Below are positions 61,902 to 64,000 of a stretch of DNA of 64,000 bases, piece after piece (position 1 is the first letter of the stretch; every line of letters begins with the position of its first letter). The stretch is from assembly GCA_963777315.1 (NCBI GenBank), contig CAVZQC010000002.1:128001-192000 (forward strand), given 5' to 3'. A program made the translations under genes and the position numbers. The notes beneath the pieces were generated by a model. It saw nothing but the letters and a program-made list of their open reading frames with translations. It was not told the origin of the DNA and did not search any database. This stretch comes from Vulcanimicrobiota bacterium. GTDB taxonomy: Bacteria; Vulcanimicrobiota; Vulcanimicrobiia; Vulcanimicrobiales; Vulcanimicrobiaceae.

Positions 61902-64000
61902 GGGTTCTTGAGCGACCCCCAGCTGTGGGTGAGCGTGACCATAATCGAGTGCGGGTTCGTCGGATGCGCGGTCGTCGCGTAGGGACCGTCGTATCCCGGA
62001 TACGGTACGCCGCTGTCGAATAAGGAGAACAGCGTAGCGTTCTTATTGAAGATGTTCTGCCAGGTGAAGGTCAGAGCGGTGTCGTGCTGCGCGGGCAAGG
62101 TGATCCCGGCGTTATAGATCCAAAACGGCGCTACCGAATACCCGTTGTTCTGCATGAGGTAGTCGCCGCGAATGAAGCCTTGCGCGCCGGCATCGGTGTC
62201 GTAGCGCAGCCCGTAGCCCAGCATGTGCAAAGGGATGCCGAGAAACTGCTGATTGTTGACCGTGTCGGCCGCATTGGTTTCGGTGATCGGATCCAGACCG
62301 TATGGGTAGGAGGCCTGCGTCGTGTAGTAGCCCGTAACCGAGAAATTGTGCGTAACCGGATACGCGCCGTTGAATTCAAAGCCCGCATACACCGAGCCCG
62401 CCAGGTTGATCGGCTGCGAGACGAACAGGATCGGCAAACCGTCCTGCGGTCCGCCTGAAAAATTTCCCGTCCCGGCCGGCGCAGGAAGATTGACGGTGTA
62501 GATATGCCCGTGCAGATTCGTGCGATAGACGTCGAAGCTCAACAAACCGCGGTTGCGATATCCGAAAGAATGGTCGACGCCGAGATCGTATCCCGTCGCC
62601 GTCTCGGATTTCAAGTCGGGGTTTCCGAGCGGAGCCGCGCATGCGCCGTATTTGTACGTGCTCGGGCAGCGCGGATCCGATACGGCATCGCCGCCGTAGT
62701 TGTCCAGCACCGTGTACAGGTCGGATAGGCGCGGTGATGCAAAGCCGCTCGCCGCGGAAAACCGCACCGCCGTGGAGGCGTCCGGCCGGTACACGATTCC
62801 CAAGCGCGGATCGAAACGCTTGACCTGCAAGGTGTCGTACGTGCTGTAGTAGCCGGTGAGATTGAAGCTGAGCTTGGGCGTGGCGCTGAACTCGTCACGA
62901 ATCAGGTACGTGCGCTCGATCTGCTTTCCCGACGTATAGGTCAGATCGCTGAACGTCAACGGGTGTCCGGCTCCCCGGCTGCCGTAGAAGAAATAGTCTC
63001 CGTTGGCGCCGGCCGCGAGCGTGACTTGGTTCCGGCCGAAAATTTTGGTCCAATACGCCTCGTCGCCGTAAAGCCGATCGACGGAACGCTGCATGTAACA
63101 GCATACCGACGGCGGCTCCAAATCGCCGTCGTCGACGCGCTCCAAAATGCCTCCGTACGACCGCAGGATGAGATCGCCTCCGCCGAGTTGAGTGTGCAGA
63201 TCCGCCGACAGTTTGGGTTGAATGTTCCAGAGCTGGTCCCCCGGAAAGCCGTAATAATACGGATGTCCCAGCGGATCGACGGCATCGCCGTTGCTGTCGG
63301 TGGTCGGATTGGTCAGAAGGCCGAGCTGGTCGCGCATGTCGCTTTCATTTTGCGAAGTGAGCGTCAGATACGTCGTCGGGGAAAATTGATACTTGATTTT
63401 GAACAGCGCGGACTTGAGCGCAAACGATTGCGAAGGATGCCACAGCGGTTGGCAGTCGGCGATTCCCGTGCAGCCGCCGCTGTAGTCGGCGATGAAGTTT
63501 CCCGGTATCGGCCCGTCGCTTCCCAGCCGGTGCAGGTCGAAAATGTATCCGAACTTGCCGATCGTGTCGGTTTCGACCAGGTCGTACGTGGAGGTGCCGA
63601 AGCCGCCGACGCCGCCGATGAATTCACCGCCTTGCTTGGCCATCGGATCGCGCGTGACCAGGTTGAGCGTCCCGCCGATCGTGTTTGCGCCGAACAGCGA
63701 CGTTCCGCCCACGCCCTTGAGCAACTCGACGCGCGAGTAGATTGCCGGGGTGAGCGTGGAGAGATCGGCATCGCCGTATTGGCCGTTGCGCATCGGCTGG
63801 CCGTCCTGCAGCACCAGCACTTCGTATCCCGTGTTATTGCCTTGCGTGATGCCGCCCGCGCCGCGAATGGAAAGCGTGGCGACCGAACCCAACCCGCCGT
63901 CGTAATGCTGGATGGTGACGCCGGGCGTTTGCTCGAGCGCCTGCGTGACGAGCACCTGTCCGCTGGTGACGAAATCGCGGTTCGTTATCGTGACCGTCGG
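61898..64000 (-). CDS. TonB-dependent receptor, 5' partial
   Basis: Plug motifs LEQTPGV, SIRG, RVELLKG, GANTIGGTLNL; GNPDLKSE; NIFNK; frame open to window end. Confidence 0.88.
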   Translation of the reverse strand, partial: PTVTITNRDFVTSGQVLVTQALEQTPGVTIQHYDGGLGSVATLSIRGAGGITQGNNTGYEVLVLQDGQPMRNGQYGDADLSTLTPAIYSRVELLKGVGGTSLFGANTIGGTLNLVTRDPMAKQGGEFIGGVGGFGTSTYDLVETDTIGKFGYIFDLHRLGSDGPIPGNFIADYSGGCTGIADCQPLWHPSQSFALKSALFKIKYQFSPTTYLTLTSQNESDMRDQLGLLTNPTTDSNGDAVDPLGHPYYYGFPGDQLWNIQPKLSADLHTQLGGGDLILRSYGGILERVDDGDLEPPSVCCYMQRSVDRLYGDEAYWTKIFGRNQVTLAAGANGDYFFYGSRGAGHPLTFSDLTYTSGKQIERTYLIRDEFSATPKLSFNLTGYYSTYDTLQVKRFDPRLGIVYRPDASTAVRFSAASGFASPRLSDLYTVLDNYGGDAVSDPRCPSTYKYGACAAPLGNPDLKSETATGYDLGVDHSFGYRNRGLLSFDVYRTNLHGHIYTVNLPAPAGTGNFSGGPQDGLPILFVSQPINLAGSVYAGFEFNGAYPVTHNFSVTGYYTTQASYPYGLDPITETNAADTVNNQQFLGIPLHMLGYGLRYDTDAGAQGFIRGDYLMQNNGYSVAPFWIYNAGITLPAQHDTALTFTWQNIFNKNATLFSLFDSGVPYPGYDGPYATTAHPTNPHSIMVTLTHSWGSLKNP

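Overview
GC-rich bacterial chromosome segment made up mostly of housekeeping genes. The mix of a TonB receptor (diderm envelope) with Terrabacteria-type features (YqzL-like peptide, L20 leader) suggests a lineage such as Ca. Eremiobacterota; this is inference only. It encodes NnrD, LigA, UvrA/UvrB, prs-rplY-pth, an ABC exporter with an anti-sigma-like partner, a signalling block (ArgB-like, M48-like, GGDEF, MalT/LuxR regulator, sedolisin lipoprotein, STAS), glmU, gltX, a B12 acyl-CoA mutase cluster with isobutyryl-CoA mutase signatures, GH38/GH125 mannosidases, uppS, tricorn protease, pstS, tag, rocD, infC-rpmI-rplT, pheST, selD-glpK-glpD-AKR-CDO and a TonB receptor. No rRNA, tRNA, CRISPR or mobile element was seen. 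Signals missed by the ORF track: (1) four +1 frameshifts (ligA, uvrB, LuxR regulator, mutase), all at AGCT sites, suggesting basecalling errors caused by DNA modification; one of them creates a false regulator-protease fusion; (2) an in-frame TGA at the catalytic position of SelD with a downstream hairpin (selenoprotein); (3) a Phe-rich 34-aa YqzL-like ORF plus terminator hairpin ahead of pheST (candidate attenuator); (4) probable ATA/ATT starts for infC, pth and GH125; (5) three intact ORFs that have lost their catalytic motifs; (6) an unannotated 56-aa ORF inside the mutase operon.
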